Origin: an uncultured Lachnospiraceae bacterium
GTDB taxonomy: Bacteria; Bacillota; Clostridia; Lachnospirales; Lachnospiraceae
NCBI GenBank assembly: GCA_946403625.1
Contig: CAMJAP010000001.1
Span: 1,910 to 65,909 of the forward strand
DNA: 64,000 nucleotides
Reading direction: 5' to 3'
The notes under the pieces are model-generated. The model saw nothing but the letters and a program-made list of their open reading frames with translations, made no database searches and was not told the DNA's origin. The translations under genes were made by a program, and so were the position numbers. Shown piece by piece: positions 19,042 to 27,212 of this stretch. Position 1 is the first letter of the stretch, and every line of letters starts with the position of its first letter.

Positions 19042-19391
19042 TCAAATACCCAGTAGATCACTTTTCCGTCGTTTGTTACTGATTCATACTTTACGGCCTT
19101 TATTTCATACTCTTCGTCCAGTCCCGAAATGTCCGCCGTTTTCGCCGGATGCCCCAAAAGCTTACTTGCCCCCGGCTCGTTTCCCCCGTATTTTACGCTC
19201 TGCAATTGCCGCATTCCCTGGTCTGCCTTCCTTCTGGTGTCGATCGCGTATTGTTGCGCTTCGCCGGCCGCCAGGATCGAATTGCTGAAAATGCCCAAAA
19301 CGATCAGCAAAATCATAAATGCGACCATCACTTCTACGATGGTTTCGCCCTTATTTTTCAGCGATTTTTTCAATATACTTACTCGGCGCAT
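19038..19391 (-). CDS. minor pilin / pseudopilin (117 aa)
   Basis: KSLKNKG|ETIVEVMVAFMILLIVLGIF has a Gly cleavage site, Glu at +5 and a hydrophobic helix. Confidence 0.7.
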   Translation of the reverse strand: MRRVSILKKSLKNKGETIVEVMVAFMILLIVLGIFSNSILAAGEAQQYAIDTRRKADQGMRQLQSVKYGGNEPGASKLLGHPAKTADISGLDEEYEIKAVKYESVTNDGKVIYWVFE

Positions 19392-19882
19392 TTCTCATAT
19401 CCCTCACTAAAACTGCCCTGATAGATCCCGGTCCAGAAATATACCGCCTTACCCACATGCGCTTCCACGGTAACGACATAACGGTCTTTTTCCGCATCCT
19501 TTTCCACATCTGCCTTCACTCTGGCATCCGGCATGCCGTCAAATCCATCCATTTCTCCAACCAGTTTTCCGCCCTTTTGCACGACCACATTATTCAGATC
19601 GATCAGTGCTTTCTTCGGTGTGGCAGCTTCTCCCTCACCACCGGTCACCGTTTGGGTTTCCCCGTTCACGATCCTCTCTTCCAGCGCATTTCCCAGGCTG
19701 GTCGCCAATTCGTAGGCCTGATCCTGATTTAACTGCTGGTTTGCGGACGCCATAATGATCCCGGATAGGATCCGCAGTGATACTGCCAGTCCGATGATCA
19801 CCACGGTTAAGGCGGCTACCAAAATCAGGCTGGAGCCCTTATTCGATTTTAAAATACCTCTTATCCTTCTGTTTCTGTGCAT
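19379..19882 (-). CDS. pseudopilin-like protein lacking Glu+5 (PilX/GspK-like position)
   Basis: ILKSNKG|SSLILVAALTVVIIGLAV. It is the first gene of the operon and has no Glu at +5. Confidence 0.55.
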   Translation of the reverse strand: MHRNRRIRGILKSNKGSSLILVAALTVVIIGLAVSLRILSGIIMASANQQLNQDQAYELATSLGNALEERIVNGETQTVTGGEGEAATPKKALIDLNNVVVQKGGKLVGEMDGFDGMPDARVKADVEKDAEKDRYVVTVEAHVGKAVYFWTGIYQGSFSEGYEKCAE

Positions 19883-19984
19883 ATTTTTCCGCCCATGCCA
19901 AAAAAAGCCTAAATTACCCTATCTAATTTATCGGCATTAGTGCCAAAAAGTTTAGGAATAATGCTAAAATATTAGTAAAAATAG

Positions 19985-20071
19985 CCCTCATCCGCCCTTC
20001 GGGGAACAGTCCTGCTAAACCCGCAAGCTCGTTAAGCAGGAACCGGTTTCCCCCCGCTTGCAGGGGGAAGG
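19985..20071. repeat. intergenic C/G-tract hairpin repeat cluster (copy set C)
   Basis: CCCTCATCCGCCCTTCGGGG (19985..20004), the CCTGCT..AGCAGG hairpin, and TTCCCCCCGCTTGCAGGGGGAAGG (20048..20071). Related blocks occur at 20829..20873 and 3077..3098. Confidence 0.6.
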
Positions 20072-20074
20072 CGC

Positions 20075-20099
20075 AAAAAAACCGGGGTATCCCCCGGTT
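20075..20099 (-). terminator. terminator of nadD
   Basis: On the minus strand, AACCGGGGG-ATA-CCCCGGTT is followed by T7. Confidence 0.7.
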
Positions 20100-20166
20100 T
20101 TCTCATAAATACAGTCTTTTTCCTTCATTCCGGTCATTGTTACATCGAAGTTTAATCTTTCAAACA

Positions 20167-20769
20167 TTATCGATACAGTCCCTTTTCTTCGATATATTCC
20201 GCCACTTTTTCCGGCACATACTCCGAAATATCTTCCCCATCCCGGATCTTTTGACGCAGTTCCGTCGAGGAAAGCTCCGACGATTCCATATGGTAGATGC
20301 GGATCCGGGCCGCAAAACGCTCCTTGAGTTCTGCTGCCTTTGCCTCCATCTCCTGCGGATCAAAGCCGCCCCGGTCGGCTACCAGGATCGTAGCCAGCCG
20401 GAAAATCTCCTCCGGTTTCTTCCACTGTTCCAAGATAAAGAGCTGGTCGGCCCCGATGATGAAGTAAATGTCGTCTTCGGGATATTGCGCCTTTAGCTTT
20501 TGCAGGGTTTCGTAAGAATAGGTCGGTCCGTCCTGGTCGGTTTCGATGGTGGAGACCGTAAAACCCTCACACCCCTCCGCTGCCAGCTCCGCCATACGCA
20601 GGCGGTCTTCTTTGGAGGCGATCTCTCTCGGATCTTTCATCCATGAATAGCCGGACGGCACCAAAAGAATGCGGTCCAGATCGAATCGCTTCTGTGCCTC
20701 CTGCGCGATGCACAGGTGTGCTTTATGAATGGGGTTGAATGTGCCCCCAAAGAAACCGAGTTTTGACAT
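20167..20769 (-). CDS. nadD: nicotinate-nucleotide adenylyltransferase
   Basis: GFFGGTFNPIHKAHL (the (T/H)xGH motif) and 200 aa, matching NadD length and organisation. Confidence 0.92.
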   Translation of the reverse strand: MSKLGFFGGTFNPIHKAHLCIAQEAQKRFDLDRILLVPSGYSWMKDPREIASKEDRLRMAELAAEGCEGFTVSTIETDQDGPTYSYETLQKLKAQYPEDDIYFIIGADQLFILEQWKKPEEIFRLATILVADRGGFDPQEMEAKAAELKERFAARIRIYHMESSELSSTELRQKIRDGEDISEYVPEKVAEYIEEKGLYR

Positions 20770-20785
20770 GTTCTATTTACTCCCT

Positions 20786-20873
20786 ATACATCGCAAGGAA
20801 TCCCCCCAGAGGGTCCCTTCCAGAGTTTCCCCTCATCCGTCCTTCGGGCACCTTCCCCCCAAAGGGGGGAAGG
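20786..20873. repeat. intergenic repeat cluster (copy set B)
   Basis: ATACATCGCAAGGAATCCCCCC (20786..20807) matches 23182..23203. CCCCTCATCCGTCCTTCGGGC (20829..20849) matches 19985..20004. CCTTCCCCCCAAAGGGGGGAAGG (20851..20873) matches 3077..3098. Confidence 0.65.
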
Positions 20874-20924
20874 CAAGAAAAACATCTTTCCGCCACCACT
20901 TAGATTCACATCCCGGGCAGCTTT

Positions 20925-23144
20925 TTATGCTTCTGTGATATGTAACAGCATTCCCTTAAAGTCGCCCCATGTCTTGTCGATCAGGAGGCCGGCCTGCATC
21001 AGCGTATCTCCGTAGAACGGCTGCTTTGCGCTGTAGGCCTCTTCTTTGCCGGTTTCGATGTTGAACCGCTTGATCTTGTAGCGTTTCTGCGGATCCAGCC
21101 CCTGCAGGCGGATCTTCTTTGTATGCTGCTGTGCCTGCGCCAACACCTGAATATAGGTCAGCAGCGCCTCCGATTTGTCCTTCTTTACGGTCATATAGCA
21201 GTCGTAGATGTGGTTTTCGCCATAGGATGCGATACGGTAATAATCCCCGTCTGCCACCAGATTGTGGTACTTATGGTACATCGCTACCTGCTTCGGGATC
21301 ATCGCACGATCCGCTTCCGGGATCCTGGTCACATCCAGCTCATAGCCGAAGGTGCCTGCCAATGCTACATAGCCTCGGGTCTCAAACGGCGTCACGCGGC
21401 CCACGGCATGGTTCGGGCAGTCACTGACATGTGCTCCCATCGTGGACAGCGGGTAGATCAGCGCCGTACCTTCCTGTATCATCAGACGCTCGATCGCGTC
21501 CGTATCGTCCGAGCACCAGATCTGCGGGCTGTAATACAGCATACCCGGATCAAATCTTGCGCCGCCGCCGGAGCAGTTTTCCAGCAGCAGCTTCGGATAA
21601 CGCTTGATCAAGCGCTCCTGCAGTTCATACACACCCAGCACATAGCGGTGGGAAAGCTCTCCCTGCTGATCGGCCGGCAATTCATAGGATCCCAGATCCG
21701 TCAGCTGACGGTTCATATCCCATTTCACATATTCGATATTGGCACTGTCCAGAATGGCGGATATCCGCTCAAACACGTAATCGCGGATCTCCTTTCGGGA
21801 CAGATCCAGCACATACTGGTCGCGTCCCATCACGGCCCTGCGTCCCGGTACGGCGATCGCCCAGTCCGGATGCGCCCGGTACAGATCCGAATCCGGCGAG
21901 ATCATCTCCGGCTCAAACCAGATACCAAACTTCATGCCCAGGGCATTCACCCCGTCCACCAGTTTCTTCAGGCCGCCTTTTAACTTCTTTTCATTGACAA
22001 ACCAGTCGCCCAAAGCGGAACGGTCGTCGTTGCGGCTGCCAAACCATCCGTCATCCATGACCAGCATCTCGATACCGCTCTTGGAAGCCTCCTTGGCAAT
22101 GGCCAGCAGTTTCTTCTCATCAAAATCAAAATAGGTCGCTTCCCAGTTGTTGATCAGGATCGGCCGTTTCTTCTTCAGGTAAGGTGAACGGATCAGATGC
22201 TGCCGGTACAGATCGTGATAGGTCCGGCTCATTCCGCCCAGACCTTCTGCGGAATAGGTGAGCACCACCTCCGGTGCCTGGAAATCCGCTCCCGCTTCCA
22301 GTTTCCAGCAGAAATTCTCATCCGCGATCCCCATCGATACGCGCAGCTGGTCAAACTGTCCCTTGTAAACCGTGCCGCAGAAGTTACCGGAATACACAAA
22401 ATGCACGCCATAGACTTCGCCCTTCGTCTGGTCGGCGCCCTTTGCCGCCAGTGCCATGAACGGATGATGCTGGTGGGAGGACTCGCCGCGGATGGAGGAC
22501 AGGCCCTGGAAACCGTAATTGATCGCATTTCGGCTGATATGGCGCTCTCTTGCCCATGCGCCGTGCAGCGTGATCAGGTCAAAGCCCGTATCATCCATAT
22601 CAAAGGATGCGGACAGTACTTTTTCCAGATATACCGGTGCTTTGCCGGTATTGCGGATCCGTACGGAACGCATCAGTGCATCGCTGTCGGCAAAGATGGA
22701 ATAGGACAGCTCCGCCTGAATGCCGGCCACCTTATCCTCTGTCAGGATCGTTAAGGTCTCGGCATCTTTGCCCCATGTTGCCGGCAAACCCTTCAGCTTC
22801 GGCTTGTCCTTTCGGATCTCATAGGATACATAATGCAAATCCAGCACTGCGGTGCCTTCTTCTTTGCGCACCTTCAGCGCCGTTCCGCGGAAATCGCCGG
22901 TTCCATGCACCGGGTATTCCATCGGATAGGTATCCATAAACAGGAGCTTGTCTCGCAGATTATGTGAGGGAACAAAGGGCATCTCTTCCGTGCGCAGCAA
23001 ATACGACAGATCGTGATCCGAGATGCGCGCTCCGTAATAGATGTGTCCCACATAGGCCGGCTTGTCCACCAGGCCGATCAGATAGGATGTGTTGTTGGTG
23101 TCGATCTTGAATACTTTTTCTTTTTCGAAATAAGCAATGGACAT
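20925..23144 (-). CDS. alpha-galactosidase, glycoside hydrolase family 36
   Basis: 739 aa with YVKWDMNR and ENCSGGGARFD catalytic-region motifs and a GH36-type N-terminus (FKIDTNNTSYLI). Confidence 0.92.
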   Translation of the reverse strand: MSIAYFEKEKVFKIDTNNTSYLIGLVDKPAYVGHIYYGARISDHDLSYLLRTEEMPFVPSHNLRDKLLFMDTYPMEYPVHGTGDFRGTALKVRKEEGTAVLDLHYVSYEIRKDKPKLKGLPATWGKDAETLTILTEDKVAGIQAELSYSIFADSDALMRSVRIRNTGKAPVYLEKVLSASFDMDDTGFDLITLHGAWARERHISRNAINYGFQGLSSIRGESSHQHHPFMALAAKGADQTKGEVYGVHFVYSGNFCGTVYKGQFDQLRVSMGIADENFCWKLEAGADFQAPEVVLTYSAEGLGGMSRTYHDLYRQHLIRSPYLKKKRPILINNWEATYFDFDEKKLLAIAKEASKSGIEMLVMDDGWFGSRNDDRSALGDWFVNEKKLKGGLKKLVDGVNALGMKFGIWFEPEMISPDSDLYRAHPDWAIAVPGRRAVMGRDQYVLDLSRKEIRDYVFERISAILDSANIEYVKWDMNRQLTDLGSYELPADQQGELSHRYVLGVYELQERLIKRYPKLLLENCSGGGARFDPGMLYYSPQIWCSDDTDAIERLMIQEGTALIYPLSTMGAHVSDCPNHAVGRVTPFETRGYVALAGTFGYELDVTRIPEADRAMIPKQVAMYHKYHNLVADGDYYRIASYGENHIYDCYMTVKKDKSEALLTYIQVLAQAQQHTKKIRLQGLDPQKRYKIKRFNIETGKEEAYSAKQPFYGDTLMQAGLLIDKTWGDFKGMLLHITEA

Positions 23145-23181
23145 GAGTGTTTTCCCCCTTTATTTACATTTATCCCCTTTA

Positions 23182-23220
23182 ATACATCGAAAGGAATCCC
23201 CCCCCCCCGCAAGGGGATTG
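23182..23220. repeat. intergenic repeat (copy set D) containing a C11 homopolymer
   Basis: ATACATCGAAAGGAATC followed by C11 (23198..23208), then GCAAGGGGATTG. It forms the hairpin AATCCCC/GGGGATT. Confidence 0.65.
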
Positions 23221-23224
23221 CCTT

Positions 23225-25945
23225 TTATTCAAATGTATTCGTTGACTTGGAAAGGTGTATCTGCGTATCGGTCTTTCTGTCTTTCGACTCCTTGCCTTTG
23301 GACTCTTTGCTCTTCGCCTCTTTATTTTCCAAAGCTTTGCCCTTGGACTCTTTGTTTTCCGGCTCTTTCTTCTCCGGGTTTTCCGTAGCCGATTCTTTCA
23401 CTTCCGGGGTATCTGCGACCGGCGCCTTTACGCCGCCTTCATAGGAGCCCTGCAGGGTGTAGACCACCAGTTCATCCAACAGCCCCTGCGCATCCTTGAT
23501 CTCCACGCCCTCCGGACAATGGATGCCGTCCTTACGCACAAACACAGATCTGCCCAGATCTTTCTGCAGTGAAAAGAGATTGTCGGAAAAGATCACATCC
23601 GCATCACGCAGTTCCAGCATCACAAACGGTACATACCCTTCCGCGGTCAGATGAATCTCGTAACTTTCGCCCCGGTCGATCACTTCCACCTCCGGTGCGA
23701 TCGTCGGGAGACGCAGCTGCTTGTACGGAACAAACACAGCATCTTCATACAGGAATGTGCCATCCCCCAGATCATACTCGGCGATCACGCATACATCCCG
23801 CAGAGTATACTCGTTCAGGAAATGCTCCAGCTCGTGTCCTCTGCCCTTCCAAACACTGCGCGCCGCACACTTGGCATCTTCACGATAGGAAGTCAGTTCC
23901 CGCCCTTCCATCGTCCGCAGGCTCACTTTGATGCGGATCTGCAGATCGTCGTTCGTATCGTTCACAATATAGGTACGGGATGCCGTTCCCTTCAGCACAA
24001 GGCTCGGTGCGATGGGTGCATAGAAACGACACGCCATATAGTGCAGTGCCTTCCAACGTCCATAGTAATCGATGCTCGACCAGGATGCCACCGGCCAGTT
24101 ATCATTCAGCTGCCAGTACAGGGTTCCCATACACCGTCCGCGCTGGCGCCGGAAATGTTCCACACCGCTTTTGATCGCCATTCCCTGCAGGATCTGGCTC
24201 ACATACAGCATCTGCTCAAAATCCTTGGGATAGCGGAAATTCTCCGACAGATAATACAGGATCTTTCCGTTTCCCGCCGGGTTCTTCTGATGGCTCTCCA
24301 TCACCGGCGAAAAGATGTTCCAGTCCTCCGACTCGGTAAATGCCCGTACCGTCTTGATCCCCGGAAAGGACTGGAAACCGAATTCCGAAAGGAAGCGGAA
24401 TTTGTGCTCCTGAAAAGCACTGAGCGGTTTCTGCCCATGCCACACATCCCAGTAATGCGAATCTCCGCGGTCCTCACAATCAGGATCGTCAAAGCATCCG
24501 CCCGAGGAAGGCGATGACGGCCAGTAAAAGGTCTGCTCGTCATTTTCCCGCACTGCCTTGGGCAACAGATATTCAAACATCTTGATGTAATCCGCCTTTA
24601 ACTGCGGCGATTCCTTCTGAAACTCCGCCCAGTGATGCCAGCCGGATTCCATTTCATTGTTGCCGCACCACAGACCGAGACATGCGTGATGCCGCAGTCT
24701 TGCCACATTATCCCGGGTCTCTGCCAGAATGCTGTTTTCAAAGCCCGGCGTCAGATCATAGACATTGCATGCATACATCAGATCCTGCCATACGACGATA
24801 CCGTACGCATCGCACAGATCATAAAATTCATCCGACGGATAATAACCGCCGCCCCATACGCGCAGACAGTTAAAGTGTGCCAGATAAGCACTCTCGATCA
24901 GGGTGCGGATCTTTTCTTCCTTGATGTACGGATAGATGGCATCCTCCGGAATATAATTTGCGCCCTTGGCAAACATCTTCTGCCCGTTGACCACAAAGCA
25001 GAATTCCTCGCCATATTCATCCGCTTCACGGCTCACCGTAATGGTGCGCAGACCGATGCGGAAACTCTTCTCGTCATAGACCTTGTCCGCTTTGCGAAGC
25101 GTTACTTTCACATCGTACAGCGGCTGTGCTCCCATACCGTTCGGCCACCACAGCTGCGGATCCCGAATGGGCACACCCACTTCGTTCTCGCCTTTTTCCG
25201 TCAATAACCTCGAAGCATCCGTCATTCGCGTCATCACGATCACCGGTTCTTCTCCGGTCACGGTTACCACGATCTCCACCGGGATCGGGTCCGAAAATTC
25301 AATGATCGGATCGACAAAAAGCGTCACTTCGCCGTCGATATGCTCCTGGAAAAAGGAAACCTCCCGAATGCGGGCATAGGAAAAGGCCTCAACACAGATA
25401 TCACGAACGATCCCCATATCCGGCAGCTGCGGTCCCCAGTCCCATCCGAAGGAAGACTGTGCCTTGCGCAGGTACTGTCCGCCCGGCAGTGCCCCTACCG
25501 GACATACCGAGATCTCTTTGTGCGCTTCCGGCTGATAATCTTTGATATACTGCAACGGCGAATGAAAATGGATAAACAGTTCGTTGGCCCCCATATGCAG
25601 ACGGTCCTTCACTTCAAAGCGATAGGTCCGGTGCATATTCTTGGTGATCGCCAGTTTTTCCCCATTCAAAAAGATCTCCGTAACGGTATCCAGGCCGTAA
25701 AAGATCAGTTCGATGCGGTCTTCCTGCATCAATTCGCCATCCACATTAAAATTACGGGAAAAGATAAAATCCTTCTCCAGAAAAGGTAAGATCGTTTTTT
25801 CGTTTTCACGATAGTACGGGTCTTTGATCACACCCGCTTCCAATAAAACAGACAGGACGGAACACGGCGCTGTAGCAGCATAACTCTCTCCGCTGCTGCA
25901 ATCCGTCATCTTCCAGCCTGTCCCGCACAGACTCATATGATTCAT
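23225..25945 (-). CDS. beta-mannosidase, glycoside hydrolase family 2, with Lys/Glu-rich C-terminal tail
   Basis: 906 aa with LWWPNGMGAQPLY and CGNNEMESGW motifs typical of GH2 beta-mannosidases. The last ~69 aa are low complexity (KESKGK repeats). Confidence 0.85.
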   Translation of the reverse strand: MNHMSLCGTGWKMTDCSSGESYAATAPCSVLSVLLEAGVIKDPYYRENEKTILPFLEKDFIFSRNFNVDGELMQEDRIELIFYGLDTVTEIFLNGEKLAITKNMHRTYRFEVKDRLHMGANELFIHFHSPLQYIKDYQPEAHKEISVCPVGALPGGQYLRKAQSSFGWDWGPQLPDMGIVRDICVEAFSYARIREVSFFQEHIDGEVTLFVDPIIEFSDPIPVEIVVTVTGEEPVIVMTRMTDASRLLTEKGENEVGVPIRDPQLWWPNGMGAQPLYDVKVTLRKADKVYDEKSFRIGLRTITVSREADEYGEEFCFVVNGQKMFAKGANYIPEDAIYPYIKEEKIRTLIESAYLAHFNCLRVWGGGYYPSDEFYDLCDAYGIVVWQDLMYACNVYDLTPGFENSILAETRDNVARLRHHACLGLWCGNNEMESGWHHWAEFQKESPQLKADYIKMFEYLLPKAVRENDEQTFYWPSSPSSGGCFDDPDCEDRGDSHYWDVWHGQKPLSAFQEHKFRFLSEFGFQSFPGIKTVRAFTESEDWNIFSPVMESHQKNPAGNGKILYYLSENFRYPKDFEQMLYVSQILQGMAIKSGVEHFRRQRGRCMGTLYWQLNDNWPVASWSSIDYYGRWKALHYMACRFYAPIAPSLVLKGTASRTYIVNDTNDDLQIRIKVSLRTMEGRELTSYREDAKCAARSVWKGRGHELEHFLNEYTLRDVCVIAEYDLGDGTFLYEDAVFVPYKQLRLPTIAPEVEVIDRGESYEIHLTAEGYVPFVMLELRDADVIFSDNLFSLQKDLGRSVFVRKDGIHCPEGVEIKDAQGLLDELVVYTLQGSYEGGVKAPVADTPEVKESATENPEKKEPENKESKGKALENKEAKSKESKGKESKDRKTDTQIHLSKSTNTFE

Positions 25946-25988
25946 GGTAATACCTGATTTCTACATAATAATTCTACGGATACCGATG

Positions 25989-27131
25989 CTATTTCTTCCT
26001 GCTTATAACGGGTTCCTTGCCCGTACGCAATGCCTCCTGATATTCCGCATACATATCCGTCATTACATAACGATTGTCCATCGTCTTTAACAGATCCTTG
26101 ATCTGAATCTTTTCAAATACCCTGCCGTCTCCCAGATTGTAGATCTGATTATCATGGAAGGACAGTACGAACGGCCGCAGGATATCGCCTTCATTTTCGG
26201 TCAGAACAATACCCTTGGTACCATTGGAGAACTGCACCGTGCAGCCCACCGGAACCAGACGCACCGCCTGGGTAAACGCGCGCACCACCTGCTGGTTCAT
26301 GCGGTTGCGCGGATGATGCAAAAACTTGTATGCCGCCACATCCGACTGCGGATCCTCTCCAAATTTCATCGCGGTCATGGTATCAAACAGATAGGCAACC
26401 TTCAGGGTCTCCACCTGTGCATCCGGCGCCTTGATGCTCTGTACGGAACCGGTGATACGCAGTTCCTTCAGGTCCTTGAGCAGATAGGAGATATTCTTCA
26501 TTACTTCGGAATCCAGATCGCAGTTTTCGCGGAGCATGCGATACCCCTCCTCCTTACAGCGATCGATCACATCATAATCCTCTTTGGTCAGTTCCTTTGT
26601 TTTCTTATGAGAGATCTCGTCCGGAATATCCAGACTTCCGATATCGTGCAAAAGAGCCGACATCACGACATATCTCTGGCGTTCCGGGTTGTGAGCCAGT
26701 TTTCCGTAGATCGCCGCCGCAAGGATCGCCACATTCAACGAATGCTTATAGACATTATCTTCCGGGCTGCGCAGATTCTGCGTAAAACCGATCTTATCCA
26801 CATTGTTGCCGAAACGACGCAGCACATCCATCGTAAGGTTCTGCAACTTGGCCGGCTGATGACCGTCACGGATATCCTGCATGATCTCCTGCAGGGTAAA
26901 CACCGACATCGTCTGGAAGCGCTCAAACTCCCTGTCCGCTTCCGTAAACGGAGGCAGCGGCTCTGCCGGCTCCAGAATATACAGACCGATCAGCCCAAAG
27001 TTTTTCACACTTTGAATGCCCTGACTGGTCAGTTTGGAATTCCGCTCATACAGCATGACACCCTGCTTGTTGTAGATCGGTTTGGCAAGGCGCATCCCTT
27101 TTTTCAGTTTCTCCGCCGGAACAAAGATCAT
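25989..27131 (-). CDS. HD-domain protein of the HD-GYP architecture but lacking the GYP signature
   Basis: The N-terminus (MIFVPAEKLKKGMRLAKPIYNKQGVMLYE) resembles HD-GYP N-domains. H...HD is present (HSLNVA..LLHDIGS). No HHExxDGxGYP motif was seen. Confidence 0.7.
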   Translation of the reverse strand: MIFVPAEKLKKGMRLAKPIYNKQGVMLYERNSKLTSQGIQSVKNFGLIGLYILEPAEPLPPFTEADREFERFQTMSVFTLQEIMQDIRDGHQPAKLQNLTMDVLRRFGNNVDKIGFTQNLRSPEDNVYKHSLNVAILAAAIYGKLAHNPERQRYVVMSALLHDIGSLDIPDEISHKKTKELTKEDYDVIDRCKEEGYRMLRENCDLDSEVMKNISYLLKDLKELRITGSVQSIKAPDAQVETLKVAYLFDTMTAMKFGEDPQSDVAAYKFLHHPRNRMNQQVVRAFTQAVRLVPVGCTVQFSNGTKGIVLTENEGDILRPFVLSFHDNQIYNLGDGRVFEKIQIKDLLKTMDNRYVMTDMYAEYQEALRTGKEPVISRKK

Positions 27132-27212
27132 AGTCTTAACCCCTCTTATGTCGCATATATAGTGTATTATAACAAATTTACGGATATTTGTATATTAAAT
27201 TTTGTGAATATT

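Noticed and set aside
19883-20074. Search for a sigma-A promoter or c-di-GMP riboswitch upstream of the type IV pilus operon
   Set aside because: Only weak -35/-10 combinations with wrong spacing were found (for example TTGGCA-15-TAGATA). No riboswitch-like conserved core was recognised. The region is dominated by the C/G hairpin repeats, so I make no call.
3077-23220. C/G-tract hairpin repeats considered as a possible CRISPR-like or minisatellite array
   Set aside because: The copies are dispersed singly in different intergenic regions with no regular repeat-spacer periodicity, and no cas genes are present.
20729-23388. Two small plus-strand ORFs (20729..20938 and 23137..23388) sharing the peptide IHRKESP
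   Set aside because: The shared peptide reflects the intergenic DNA repeat ATACATCG(C/A)AAGGAATCCCCCC. Both ORFs cross gene boundaries and lack RBSs, so I report them as a repeat rather than as coding.
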